A stretch of 64,000 nt of DNA, taken from NCBI GenBank assembly GCA_021399345.1, contig JAAFKI010000112.1, positions 96,001-160,000 on the forward strand. The letters are read 5' to 3'. Shown one piece after another: positions 46,408 through 56,932 of the stretch; positions within the stretch are counted from its first letter, which is position 1, and the number at the start of each line of letters is the position of its first letter. The stretch is from Candidatus Heimdallarchaeota archaeon (GTDB lineage Archaea; Asgardarchaeota; Heimdallarchaeia; Heimdallarchaeales; Heimdallarchaeaceae). The notes below the pieces were generated by a model. That model did not search any database. It was not told the origin of the DNA and worked only from the letters and a program-made list of their open reading frames with translations. Position numbers and translations under genes: made by a program.

Positions 46408-49400
46408 TTATTTTCTAAAGCGTGAGATAAAGATCACAATCACTAAAACACCAGCTAATGCTCCAGTACTTATGAGAGTGTAAAGCCAAGGGAGTGATGA
46501 GAAAGTAATTTCACTATATTTCTCTGAAAATGGTAAATTGATTTTAATAACTGGTGAGAATGAAATCCATAGAAACTTATTTTGATCACTTTCACTCACA
46601 TTTGCAGGAGAAGTCTTAATTGAGAGGTTCATTATATCTTGTGTACTGCTATCAGATTGGATTTCAGTTGATTGAAAATCTGTTGGACGTATTTCGTAAA
46701 TTGAATCATAATTAATTATTATTGGAGGGATAATGAAATCTTCAGCTAAATCAGAAAGCTGAATTCTAATAACTATTCTATCCCCTGGATAAAGGGTTGT
46801 ATTTGTATAACTAATCAGAATGAAATCAGCTCTTGATGTAATCACTGGAGAAAGTATTTGTTCGTCATCATTTTCTAAAATTATTGTGCAGTTTATTTCA
46901 TCAATTTCAGCTGTCTCCTTACCAAACATTTGAGATATTCTCACTTCAGTTGGAGAAAGACCAGTATTTTCAATTTCATATTCAATATACATTGACCGAT
47001 CATTTTCATGTAAAGTATAGTCTGATGCTACAACAATCTCTGGAACGGGAAAACTTGGTCTTAATACATTTTCGAGCGAAATTGGTGGAAATAGTATTCC
47101 AAACGTTAATGTGGAAGTTAGCAAATTTACAGTTTCACCACCGTAAATCCAAGGAACTGTAGCATCAATCCAAGGAACATAAATTTGCTCTGCTGGTTGA
47201 TTCAAATCAGAAATGAAGCTAATTACTGCTACATATGTATTCAAACCAATATAGCTGTTTGCATTAATTGAGAACTCTTGATTTATAGTCTCTCCAACTT
47301 CAATTGCATCGATATCAAAGGATTTCACTACACTCATATCAGTTGGTAACCATAGGTAATTCAGCCTGAGATTTACAATATCAACATGAATATTATAAGC
47401 TCCAGTTGTCCCTAAATTATTGATTTCAAGGGTGAAAGGAACGATCTCTCCCACTCTGTAAGTTGTCCCGTTTATATTTAATATGCTTTCAAGAACAGCT
47501 TCATCATCACCTAATTGAAAATTCAAACCATTGGTTAGCCCATAATAATCTCTACCAGAAGAATCAAAATACTGATAACGACTCCCTAATGAAACAAAGG
47601 AATCAGTTATTGAATCATAGATACTCAAGAATCTACCTGCGCTGTTTAAACTGGTGAATAAAGCCAGCATTAATGTTTTATAATCGCATTCAACTGTTTG
47701 AAAAACAGTATAATCTTCTAGAATAGTAGAAGCTGGAAAAACTGAAAAGAATCCGAACCTGTCTGCAGAAGTAGGAATATCTGTAATTGACCAGAAAACT
47801 TCATAACTCTCATTAACATCAAGATCTGGAATTTTACATTCTAAGTATCCTCCAAACATAGTGGAATTTTTGTAACTGAAATCTGTAGAACTGAATTGGA
47901 AGAGTGTTTTGTTCTTGTAGAATTCATTGAATACAATGTTGTAAGCATCATTTACTGCAAGTTGCAGTTGTTCATTTATTAGTGGTTCATAATAGGACCA
48001 ATTTGCTGCTATTTTTAATATCCCAATATCCAATATTGGAGAAATTCTTGCCAATACAGCATTATACAAATCCTCCGATAAACCGTTTGTAGAATCAATA
48101 GTCACATATTCATTAATCTCTAAAGTTGTGTTATCCAACCATCTTTCAAGAGAAAGAGTAGTAGTGTTTTCATACCAACCTCTTATATCAAGAATGAATA
48201 TTTGAAAATTATGCATACTATACTGAATATCTAATGTTACCCCTGAGTTGAAAGACTCGTTAATTTGTAAATCATCATGTAGAACTGGAACCTCAAGTCC
48301 TTCTTGAATAAATAATTCCAAATCCCCAGGGATTGGGAAAATAATAGTTGTGTCATTAGCTGTATCGGTTCCAGTATTCTCGATCTCATAAGTCATATTT
48401 AAAATCCCATCATTCTCAAGTAAGAAATCGGAATATGAATTTGATACTGCAATCCTTGGAAAGACAAATTCATCATAAGAGAAGGGATAATAGATTATTT
48501 CAGGATTAAAGGAATCATGAACAATTGTACTGAAAAATTTGAGCACCCATTCAAAAGAACCAGTTGTTGAGCCACCTACATTATCAGGTGGGGGGGATAC
48601 ACTAGTTACATTTGCCAAAAACGGCATGCTAAATGAAAATTTTGATACAAACGCATTAGTCTTAGGGATTAAAGAAGAGTGTAAAGATAAGCTTAAATCA
48701 AAAATTCTCTGATTACCAATGGTTTGAATTTTATTTTCTTGTGCAACAACTGCAGTCCTGATGATTCGTGTAATGATTCCAAGTCTTTTTACCAGAGAAA
48801 AACCAAATGCATAAACTGTAGGGGACTCAATTAACATATCCTCGATTATACCTACAGAGTTGCCATTCTCTTCTTGATAGTCAGATTTGAAAATGGCATC
48901 AAATAAAATTAATGCTTGTGAGTATGAAATTGGAGCCACTAGATATAAAACCGTATCAACGAGAGAGGGATTTTGAATATTGAAAACGCCCAAACTTATA
49001 TTATAAAATTGTTGAACAACACTATTCACAAATTGATATATTGCCTTAATACGTTCGTAGTTTTGTGTTCTCAGTGTAAGTTTGATCACTAAACCATCGG
49101 GATACTTCCAGAGAGGATTAGTCCAAATTTTTGAAAATGAGGATTGGTTTGCTACAATGAAATCAATTTGATTGACATATGTGAGTTCGGATCTAGAAAG
49201 GTCAAGAGGTGTTTGAAGTAAACCCCCATCTAGCTCTAGAGAAGCTATAATAGAGTCGGCTTTTCCAACAATAATATCAAATTTTTCTTGAAAAAGAAGT
49301 AATTGTTCTTCAGCCATTACAAAGGATGGGGTTGTATTAGAACTAGCAGAATAAGCACCCCCAATAAGAATAGGTGTTGATACTATAGAAGAGAGGAATA

Positions 49401-49476
49401 AAATGAGTACCACAAGAATTTTATGAAATGGTGGGGCTATTCTATTCTTTAAATGTTGGAGTTTTTTGGTACTCAT
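46408..49476 (-). CDS. Large secreted protein with CARDB/Ig-like repeats and C-terminal TM (envelope/S-layer-like)
   Basis: YEIENTG, LEINNLG, YEIENTG motifs; N-terminal signal; C-terminal TM + RFRK. Confidence 0.7.
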   Translation of the reverse strand: MSTKKLQHLKNRIAPPFHKILVVLILFLSSIVSTPILIGGAYSASSNTTPSFVMAEEQLLLFQEKFDIIVGKADSIIASLELDGGLLQTPLDLSRSELTYVNQIDFIVANQSSFSKIWTNPLWKYPDGLVIKLTLRTQNYERIKAIYQFVNSVVQQFYNISLGVFNIQNPSLVDTVLYLVAPISYSQALILFDAIFKSDYQEENGNSVGIIEDMLIESPTVYAFGFSLVKRLGIITRIIRTAVVAQENKIQTIGNQRIFDLSLSLHSSLIPKTNAFVSKFSFSMPFLANVTSVSPPPDNVGGSTTGSFEWVLKFFSTIVHDSFNPEIIYYPFSYDEFVFPRIAVSNSYSDFLLENDGILNMTYEIENTGTDTANDTTIIFPIPGDLELFIQEGLEVPVLHDDLQINESFNSGVTLDIQYSMHNFQIFILDIRGWYENTTTLSLERWLDNTTLEINEYVTIDSTNGLSEDLYNAVLARISPILDIGILKIAANWSYYEPLINEQLQLAVNDAYNIVFNEFYKNKTLFQFSSTDFSYKNSTMFGGYLECKIPDLDVNESYEVFWSITDIPTSADRFGFFSVFPASTILEDYTVFQTVECDYKTLMLALFTSLNSAGRFLSIYDSITDSFVSLGSRYQYFDSSGRDYYGLTNGLNFQLGDDEAVLESILNINGTTYRVGEIVPFTLEINNLGTTGAYNIHVDIVNLRLNYLWLPTDMSVVKSFDIDAIEVGETINQEFSINANSYIGLNTYVAVISFISDLNQPAEQIYVPWIDATVPWIYGGETVNLLTSTLTFGILFPPISLENVLRPSFPVPEIVVASDYTLHENDRSMYIEYEIENTGLSPTEVRISQMFGKETAEIDEINCTIILENDDEQILSPVITSRADFILISYTNTTLYPGDRIVIRIQLSDLAEDFIIPPIIINYDSIYEIRPTDFQSTEIQSDSSTQDIMNLSIKTSPANVSESDQNKFLWISFSPVIKINLPFSEKYSEITFSSLPWLYTLISTGALAGVLVIVIFISRFRK

Positions 49477-49573
49477 CTAACATTCCCCTCAATATTTCTT
49501 ATGTTTACGTTTATTGATAAACATTTATTTCTATAAATTTTAAAGTATTCAGTTCTAATTTTCTCGAACTTCG

Positions 49574-50443
49574 TCATATTGAGACCTCCAATAGGTTCAT
49601 TATTATGAACGATAAGGCATTAATCATAAAAACCACAAATAGAGCAGTCAGTCCTGCCTTTTCAAATCTTATTTCTTTAATAACTACTATGGCTTCTAAA
49701 AGAAAACCTACAAAAAATAATTGAAAAATAAAAATCAAAATGATAAACCAGACATCAAGCTCAAAAAGTGAAGTAGGGTCCGTAAAATCAAAAACAAATG
49801 ATAGAATCACAGTTAGTAAAATCATTGGAATTTGCACTACAATAACGCTTTGTAGCAGAGCTAGTTTTCCTGAAGTTTTACGAAATAGTAGAGAAAGTAA
49901 AGCCTCACAAATCAAATAAGTAACAACTGTGGTAATCATGAAGATGAAAGGAGCAACGAAATCAGGTGTTATGAATGAAGGGAATAAAAATATAGGAACA
50001 GCTGATATGAAATATGTTGAAACGAGCAATCCTAAGAACAGAAGGAGAGTAAAACCAAGTGATCTAATTGGATCATTTTTTATAAATTTAAAAACTGGAC
50101 GAAGGAAAATATAGTGTAAAAAGGCAAACTTTCCATAAGCTACTTGGCTTGGTGCTGAAACGTCCAATTCATCCTCAATCAATGCATAAGAGCGTTTTCC
50201 TTGTTCTGTTAAGAAATATCGTTTTGTAGAATCCTGTGAAATCAGAAATCCTAGAGTATCAAGATGGTGATAAAGTGTACCTACTTTCATATGAAAGCGA
50301 TCTTGAATCTCTGTGAAGGAAACAATCTTCCCTTCTCCAATAAAGCATAATAAATCTCTTCTAATTTGATTAGAGAGAGCTTTCCAAATTTCAGGAGAAG
50401 ATTGTTTCTTAGAATTCATATTACTAATAAGTAAAATGGACAA
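49574..50443 (-). CDS. ArsR-type winged-HTH fused to a multi-TM (Yip1-like) domain
   Basis: ALSNQIRRDLL...SFTEIQ...GTLYHHL...YFLTEQG then 5 TM. Confidence 0.75.
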   Translation of the reverse strand: MSILLISNMNSKKQSSPEIWKALSNQIRRDLLCFIGEGKIVSFTEIQDRFHMKVGTLYHHLDTLGFLISQDSTKRYFLTEQGKRSYALIEDELDVSAPSQVAYGKFAFLHYIFLRPVFKFIKNDPIRSLGFTLLLFLGLLVSTYFISAVPIFLFPSFITPDFVAPFIFMITTVVTYLICEALLSLLFRKTSGKLALLQSVIVVQIPMILLTVILSFVFDFTDPTSLFELDVWFIILIFIFQLFFVGFLLEAIVVIKEIRFEKAGLTALFVVFMINALSFIIMNLLEVSI

Positions 50444-50466
50444 TCTGTAATTTAAAACTTGGCTTA

Positions 50467-51594
50467 TTATTGATGTCTCTTGATTATGTTGTATAGAGTA
50501 TTTCGCTGCACAGGAATCCTGTTTGCATCACGTATAAGTTCCACAAATTCTTCAATACTTTTTTCTTCTCCAAAAGTACCTCCTGCACTTTTAGTGATTT
50601 CTTCTGTAAAAATGGTTCCACCTAAATCATTCACTCCAGAACCTAATATTACTTGGGAAAATTTTGGGCCCAACTTTACCCATGAAACTTGAAGATTGGG
50701 GATTACCTCTCCTAAATACAGTCTTGCAGTACTGAATAATGCCAAGTCGTGCATCCCCGTACTACTTGGACGAGCTCCAAAGTATTTGTAGAGAACAGTA
50801 TTTGTATGTACAAACGGAAGAGGAACAAATTCAGTAAAACCATTTGAGATTGATTGTATGTGTTTTATTATTGCTAAATGTTCTGCTTCATCAGTAAGAG
50901 ATTCTATGTGGCCATACATCATTGTAGAAGTTGATTTTAAACCACTTAAATGGCCAGTTATTACAATATTTGCCCATTGTTCTGTCGATATTTTATCGGG
51001 ACAGATAATCTTTCTAACATCATCTACAAGAATTTCTGCAGCTGTTCCTGGAAAGGAATCAAGTCCATGATTAGCTAAATCTTTGAATACATCCTCAACA
51101 TTTTCTTCAGATATTTGAGACAAATAAGCTATTTCTGAAGGGGAAAAACCATGGATGTGAATATCATAGGATACAGATTTAATTGTTTTTAGAAGTCCAA
51201 CATAATAATCATAATTCAGCTTAGGATCTAGTCCACCCTGTATGCAAATTTCTGTACACCCGCGAGCTACTGCTTTTTCGGCTTCTAGTTTGATATCATC
51301 AAGAGACAGTCTAGAGTTAGCAACATCCTCTGTTTCACCTCTTAAAATATAAGAGCAGAATCTACAAGTCCCCAAACAATGACGAGAAAAATTGATATTT
51401 TGATTAACCACAAATGAAACATTATCTCCAACTTGTTGAAACCGCAAATCATCAGCTAAAGAGGTTTGAATCCAAAGTTCTTTTCCTCTTTTTTTCAACA
51501 TTTTTGTAAGATCATTAATTTCTTCTTGGTGTGATTCTTTGAATGTAGCTAAATCACATACAAAATCAATTTTCGGAGGTGCTAAATTTTTCAT
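50467..51594 (-). CDS. cofH: FO synthase subunit 2 (radical SAM)
   Basis: NINFSRHCLGTCRFC, EICIQGG, FPGTAAEIL, TMMYGHIE, FTEFVPLPF, QVSWVKLG. Confidence 0.92.
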   Translation of the reverse strand: MKNLAPPKIDFVCDLATFKESHQEEINDLTKMLKKRGKELWIQTSLADDLRFQQVGDNVSFVVNQNINFSRHCLGTCRFCSYILRGETEDVANSRLSLDDIKLEAEKAVARGCTEICIQGGLDPKLNYDYYVGLLKTIKSVSYDIHIHGFSPSEIAYLSQISEENVEDVFKDLANHGLDSFPGTAAEILVDDVRKIICPDKISTEQWANIVITGHLSGLKSTSTMMYGHIESLTDEAEHLAIIKHIQSISNGFTEFVPLPFVHTNTVLYKYFGARPSSTGMHDLALFSTARLYLGEVIPNLQVSWVKLGPKFSQVILGSGVNDLGGTIFTEEITKSAGGTFGEEKSIEEFVELIRDANRIPVQRNTLYNIIKRHQ

Positions 51595-52666
51595 CTACCT
51601 TGAATTCCTCTATTATTCCGCGCATTCTAGTGTTTAAATACTTTTCATATTGAGGATAAACTGGCAGTCTCTCTTTTAGCGAAAATCCTGCTAAATTAAG
51701 TTCTTTAATCAAGTATTGTTCTTCTTGCCATATCATGTTTGGATTAATATAATCAATAGTGATTGGAGAGATTCCCCCCACATCGTTTGCTCCATGATTG
51801 ATAGCAGTAATAATTCTCTCTCGATTAAGATTGGGTGGGACTTGAATACTCACTCCAGCTGGAAGAATTTTACGTGCCAAAGCAATGGTTAGAAGAACAT
51901 CTTCTTCCTTAGGTGCAGGATGGTCTGACATAGGAGTATTTTCTTGAGGATTGAAATTTTGAACAATTACTTCTTGAATATGATTATATTTCCTACTTAT
52001 ATCTGCAATTAGTTGGAGAGATTCTATTCTCTCTTGCCATGTTTCTCCAATTCCGACAAGAATTCCCGTTGTAAATGGAATCTTTAATTTTCCAGCATTT
52101 TCTATTGTATTAATTCGTAAGGTTGGGTTCTTACCTGGGGAATTTTGGTGAGGTTTCCCCTCATCCATCAATCTTAAGCTGTGTGTTTCCAGCATCAAAC
52201 CCATGCTCGCGTTTGTTTGCTTTAATAAGTTTAAATCTGAAGAAGACAATACCCCCAAATTGGAGTGAGGTAAAAGATGTTGTTCCAAAGCTACTCCACA
52301 CAAATAATTAACATACTCCACGGTAGTTTGAAAATTTAATGCTTTAAGAAATTTCAATGCTGATTGATATTTTTCCTCTGGTTTTTCACCTAGTGTGATT
52401 AAAACTTCTTTGCAATCCTCAGCTTTAGCTTTCATTATTATTTCATTGTATTCTTTAGGAAGAATCCAAGTATTGGGATCATCTGAAACAAAACTACAAT
52501 AATCACAACGATTACGACATTGATGAGTTACAGGGACAAAGACATTTCGGGAAAATGTAATATGTTTGCCATATTTTCTTTCTCTCTTGGTTTCAGCTTT
52601 ACATATTAATTCATCTTGATCATTTTTGAGCAAATGTAAAAATTCGTCAAAGCTCATCTTACTCAT
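51566..52666 (-). CDS. cofG: FO synthase subunit 1 (radical SAM)
   Basis: TFSRNVFVPVTHQCRNRCDYC, LPHSN.G, SMGLMLE, PFTTGILVGIGE, QVPPNL, GGISP.T.DYINP. Confidence 0.93.
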   Translation of the reverse strand: MSKMSFDEFLHLLKNDQDELICKAETKRERKYGKHITFSRNVFVPVTHQCRNRCDYCSFVSDDPNTWILPKEYNEIIMKAKAEDCKEVLITLGEKPEEKYQSALKFLKALNFQTTVEYVNYLCGVALEQHLLPHSNLGVLSSSDLNLLKQTNASMGLMLETHSLRLMDEGKPHQNSPGKNPTLRINTIENAGKLKIPFTTGILVGIGETWQERIESLQLIADISRKYNHIQEVIVQNFNPQENTPMSDHPAPKEEDVLLTIALARKILPAGVSIQVPPNLNRERIITAINHGANDVGGISPITIDYINPNMIWQEEQYLIKELNLAGFSLKERLPVYPQYEKYLNTRMRGIIEEFKVDEKFSTSEN

Positions 52667-53339
52667 CTTTCTTCAGTTTTAGAGTAACTAGATAGCCCTC
52701 ATGTAATTTATTCACAGTCTGTATTTCACAGTTAATTGCGTCTCCAATATTGTGAATAGCTTCTTGTTCGAACAAGAGTTTTGCATTCTTTCCTCCAACA
52801 AAAACTGGGGCATAAAAAATGTGCATGATGTCCACCAATCTATTGGTTAAGAACTGTGTAATCACAGTTGAACCTCCTTCTACCAACAATTTATTAATTC
52901 CAAATTGAGTTTTCAAGATTTTCAATACATCAGCCAAATTCAGATATCTTTTATTTTTTTCGAATTCTACTGAAACTACTTTTGCTCCAAGTTTTCTAAT
53001 CTCATCTTGTTTACTTGCTGAAGATTCCTTGGATGTAACAATAATTGATGGTAATCTTTCTTGGTCCTGAAGAACTTTTGCTGTCAACGGAATTCTGCAG
53101 CTAGTATCCAAAATTGTCCTTAATGGAGCAGGTTCTCTAGGTTTGATTTGTCTAACAGATAACAATGGGTCATCCTTGAGAATTGTATTTACACCAACAA
53201 GTATTGCATCAACTGAGTTTCTTAATTCATGCACTCTTACCCAATCTTCAGTGGTTGATAAAATCAGAGCCCCTTCACTAGAAGCGATAGCACCATCTAA
53301 AGAACTAGCAACATTTACAATTACTTCTGGTCTTTCCAC
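52659..53339 (-). CDS. RibD C-terminal type pyrimidine reductase (Rib7/ArfC-like)
   Basis: ASSLDGAI, DAILVGVNTILKDDP, LLVEGGSTV. Confidence 0.88.
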   Translation of the reverse strand: MERPEVIVNVASSLDGAIASSEGALILSTTEDWVRVHELRNSVDAILVGVNTILKDDPLLSVRQIKPREPAPLRTILDTSCRIPLTAKVLQDQERLPSIIVTSKESSASKQDEIRKLGAKVVSVEFEKNKRYLNLADVLKILKTQFGINKLLVEGGSTVITQFLTNRLVDIMHIFYAPVFVGGKNAKLLFEQEAIHNIGDAINCEIQTVNKLHEGYLVTLKLKKDE

Positions 53340-54478
53340 TTTATCACCTTTCCTTTATACATTTGAAGACGTATATCTGTTTGATCTGCTCGCATAGTAA
53401 TTGCAGAATAAACATCTTTAGAGAAGTTTAGATTGTTACTTTCTAAATCTATTGCAAGAAGGTCTCCACTATAATCAACTTCAAGTTGACCAATTTTCTT
53501 TTTAACTATTAAACCAGGATTAACCGTTACCGATTTTAGAACTTCCTTTGGTGAAAGATTTTGGTTATTACTTCGGGCATTGTAAAGTGTGAAAGCCATA
53601 AGTCTAAATGGATCAGGATTACAGAAAAGAACATTATCAGTTCCAAGACCAAGTAGAATTTTATTTTTTGATATAAGTTCCAAAGGGGGAAACTTCAATC
53701 CGTTATACAAGCTCGAAATAGGACAACAAATAATGTTGATTTTGTTTTTACTTAGAAGCTTGAGTTCTTCTTCTTTTGAATAAGTTGCATGAACAATATA
53801 ATCAAATGATTTGTAGTTTCCAATAATTTCTATATCGCGTTTTCCATATTTTGAGATTGATTCTGCGGTAACTTCTTCTGATTCAGAAGCATGTATTGCA
53901 ACAAGTTTAGATGAATTATTCTCTTTTAATTTTGAAATGAGTTTCAAATCATCTTGAGTAATAGAAAAAATATCTCTGATGCCTAAACCATCACTCACCT
54001 TAATAATTTCCTCTAATGTGTCGTTCTTTGTCTGACGACCTAAAATTATTCCGCGAATTGAGTATCTTTCTAGTTCATCTTTTAGTAATTCAATTCCCTC
54101 TATTCCTTCTTCTCTGAAATCTATGAAAGAAGTATAACCATTTTGTACAAGCATTTCTAGAGAATTCTTTATACTTTTAATTTTCTCCTCCTTGGAGCTA
54201 GTTCTGAATTTAGTATGTTTAACACCTTTTGGACCTACAGCATCTTCTAGATTTAATCCATAGGTTTGATCCTTGAGGAAAGAATCTCCAACATGTGTAT
54301 GACCATTGATAAATCCTGGAATTATAACATAAGAAGGAGGTAAAACATATTCAGTAGGTTTCCGTTCCTTGGAAATATTTACTATTATTCCTTCACTATC
54401 AATATGGATACTGACATTTTGAACAAATGTCAAATCAGAGCCTATTAGCGCATTTCCACGTACTGAAACCATTTTCAA
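53321..54478 (-). CDS. Metal-dependent amidohydrolase/deaminase
   Basis: PGFINGHTH, DFREEG, IHASE, VHAT, LGTDN. Confidence 0.85.
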   Translation of the reverse strand: MKMVSVRGNALIGSDLTFVQNVSIHIDSEGIIVNISKERKPTEYVLPPSYVIIPGFINGHTHVGDSFLKDQTYGLNLEDAVGPKGVKHTKFRTSSKEEKIKSIKNSLEMLVQNGYTSFIDFREEGIEGIELLKDELERYSIRGIILGRQTKNDTLEEIIKVSDGLGIRDIFSITQDDLKLISKLKENNSSKLVAIHASESEEVTAESISKYGKRDIEIIGNYKSFDYIVHATYSKEEELKLLSKNKINIICCPISSLYNGLKFPPLELISKNKILLGLGTDNVLFCNPDPFRLMAFTLYNARSNNQNLSPKEVLKSVTVNPGLIVKKKIGQLEVDYSGDLLAIDLESNNLNFSKDVYSAITMRADQTDIRLQMYKGKVIKWKDQK

Positions 54479-54595
54479 GGGAGCGAGAGTATTTCAAGCT
54501 AATAAAGTCTTTGTAGAAATTAAAAAACATAAGAATCACTAAACTTATAATTCAACCTTTTGAAATTAGCCTCAAGGCACAATTATGTGATAAAA

Positions 54596-56827
54596 ATGGT
54601 TCGAGTTAAGAATCCAGACGAAATTAGAGACATGATCAAGAATCACCCCATGGAATTAAGAAGAGTCTTTACCATAGCAGCTCATATTGATCATGGAAAA
54701 ACTACAACAAGTGATTATCTTCTTCGAAAAGCAGGTTTGATGTCAGATGCAGATGCTGGTAAAAAGGTAATGATGGACAGCGATGAAGAGGAACAAGAAA
54801 GAGGTATTACTATCTTCACATCTGTTGTTTTGTTGAACTATGAATATGAGAATAAAGATGGAGATTCAAATTCCTATCTCTTTGAAATTAACGATACACC
54901 TGGTCACATTAGTTTTACAGGCGAGGTAAGTAGAGCTCTTCGTGGTTCAGATGGTGTTATTCTGTTAGTGGACGCTCTTGAAGGCGTAATGACACAAACT
55001 GAAACAAATATCAGATTAAGTTTAAACGAAAAGTGTAAACCTGTTCTTTTCATCAATAAAGTTGACAGGTTAATATCAGAGTTGAGATTAGCACCAGGAG
55101 ATGTATTCCAGAAAATTGATAACATCCTCAATGGTGTTAATAAATTGATCAGAGATAATGCTCCTGAAGGGTTAGGAAAGGCTTGGCAAGTATCCTTTAA
55201 AGATGGTTCTGTTTCAGTAGGAAGTGCAAAAGATGGTTGGGCATTCAACATGTCTACCCTACAAAGATTGCAGATAAAACCCCAAGATGTTTTTGCAAAA
55301 TACGATGTAGATGATAAAGATTGGTTAAAAGAAAATCTTCCATTAGAAGAACCTTTACTTGAAATGGTAATAGAACATCTTCCAAATCCAATTGAAGGAC
55401 AAAAAATGAAAATACCGGCGATTTGGGGTGGAGATTTAACCAGTCCAGAAGGCCAAGCACTAATGAATTGTGACCGAGATGGTCCATTAATGGGAATGAT
55501 CACAAAAATCTTCATTGAACCAAAGTCTAAAAGACCAACACTAATTGGAAGAGTTTTCTCTGGCACTTTAAGAAGTTCAGATAGTCTATATCTTGTTGGT
55601 AAAAAAACATCAGCTAGAATTAAACGTCTAGGTGTGATGGAAATTACGGACATTTTAGATGTTGATGAAGTTCCAGCAGGAAATCTATTCGCTATTTACG
55701 GTTTTATAACACCAGCTGGTGAAACTTTTATCCGTGAGGAAGACAAAGGTAAATTTGTTCCATTCGAAGAAATCTCTTATGTAGCTGAACCTGTTGTTAG
55801 TAGAACCATAAAACCAAAAGATCCACAAGATATTGCTAAACTAGGTGAAGTTGTTTCCAAATGGATTATGGCTGATCCGACAGCAGCATTCAGACACGAT
55901 CAAGAATCTAAAACATATGTTCTATCAGGAATAGATCCTCTTCAGATTGAAATTTTAGTAACCAGAATTCGAGATCAAGTAGCTATTGAAGTAAGTGATC
56001 CTATCATCGTCTATAGAGAAGTACCAACTAAAGCAGGAGTTACTGTCCATGCTAAATCACCAAACGGACATAATAGGCTAATGCTTCACATTCAACCTTT
56101 GAACCAAGCTACTATTGATCTAATCAAATCAGGAAAAGTAAATAACGATCAAGATAGAAGAGATAGGGCAATGATTCTTCAACAGGATGGTGGTTGGGAA
56201 GCTAAAAGAGCTAGAAGGATTTGGTACATTAAAGATTCAAACATGATTATTGATGCAACCACTGGTGTTCAAAGGCTTGACAATATTAAAGCCTACATTA
56301 TTCAGGTTTTCGAAGATTTCTGTGAAGGAGCTACTTTGGCCAAAGAACCATTAATGGGTTCATTGTTTACTATTACAGATGCAACTGTTCACGTTGATCC
56401 AGCTCATACAGGTTTTACTGAAATATTCCAAATGTGTTTAGCAGCGTATCATACAACATTTCTAACCAGTGATCCTCAAATACTTGAACCAATGCTCATA
56501 ATTGATATTAAAGTTCCTTCAGATTATGTAGGAAACATGTCTAAAGTAATAACACAACATAGAGGGATTATTCTAGATATGATACAAGAAGGAGACAACA
56601 CTAGAATACGAGGAAAAGTTCCAACAGCAGAAACTATTGATCTTGCAGATGAAATACGTGGAAGCAGTTCAGGTCGAGCTTTCTTTGGTTATGAATTTAC
56701 AGGATTCGAACGTGTTCCAGTAAATCTTGAAACAGAGATTATTGAATCAATTCGTACTCGTAAAGAATTATCTCCTCAAACTCCAGATGTTTCAAATTGG
56801 GAACGTTTCATGTATAAACGAACCTAA
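54596..56827 (+). CDS. Elongation factor 2, probably the Asgard EF-2 paralog
   Basis: AHIDHGKTT, ERGITI, DTPGH, NKVD, KSPNGHN; diphthamide loop reads HVDPAHTG; no ribosomal protein neighbours. Confidence 0.9.
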   Translation: MVRVKNPDEIRDMIKNHPMELRRVFTIAAHIDHGKTTTSDYLLRKAGLMSDADAGKKVMMDSDEEEQERGITIFTSVVLLNYEYENKDGDSNSYLFEINDTPGHISFTGEVSRALRGSDGVILLVDALEGVMTQTETNIRLSLNEKCKPVLFINKVDRLISELRLAPGDVFQKIDNILNGVNKLIRDNAPEGLGKAWQVSFKDGSVSVGSAKDGWAFNMSTLQRLQIKPQDVFAKYDVDDKDWLKENLPLEEPLLEMVIEHLPNPIEGQKMKIPAIWGGDLTSPEGQALMNCDRDGPLMGMITKIFIEPKSKRPTLIGRVFSGTLRSSDSLYLVGKKTSARIKRLGVMEITDILDVDEVPAGNLFAIYGFITPAGETFIREEDKGKFVPFEEISYVAEPVVSRTIKPKDPQDIAKLGEVVSKWIMADPTAAFRHDQESKTYVLSGIDPLQIEILVTRIRDQVAIEVSDPIIVYREVPTKAGVTVHAKSPNGHNRLMLHIQPLNQATIDLIKSGKVNNDQDRRDRAMILQQDGGWEAKRARRIWYIKDSNMIIDATTGVQRLDNIKAYIIQVFEDFCEGATLAKEPLMGSLFTITDATVHVDPAHTGFTEIFQMCLAAYHTTFLTSDPQILEPMLIIDIKVPSDYVGNMSKVITQHRGIILDMIQEGDNTRIRGKVPTAETIDLADEIRGSSSGRAFFGYEFTGFERVPVNLETEIIESIRTRKELSPQTPDVSNWERFMYKRT

Positions 56828-56932
56828 ATTCCTTTTTCTAATTTTTCTTTCTTTTTATTTACTTTAAAAAGTGCTTTTTCATATTAAAAAAAGAAATTGA
56901 AAAGAGTAAAAGGAAGAATTGAGTGAAGATTT

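Noticed and set aside
54904-55653. 249-aa antisense ORF in EF-2, and similar antisense ORFs in etf, abgB, moxR and others
   Set aside because: Codon-mirror artefacts opposite conserved genes
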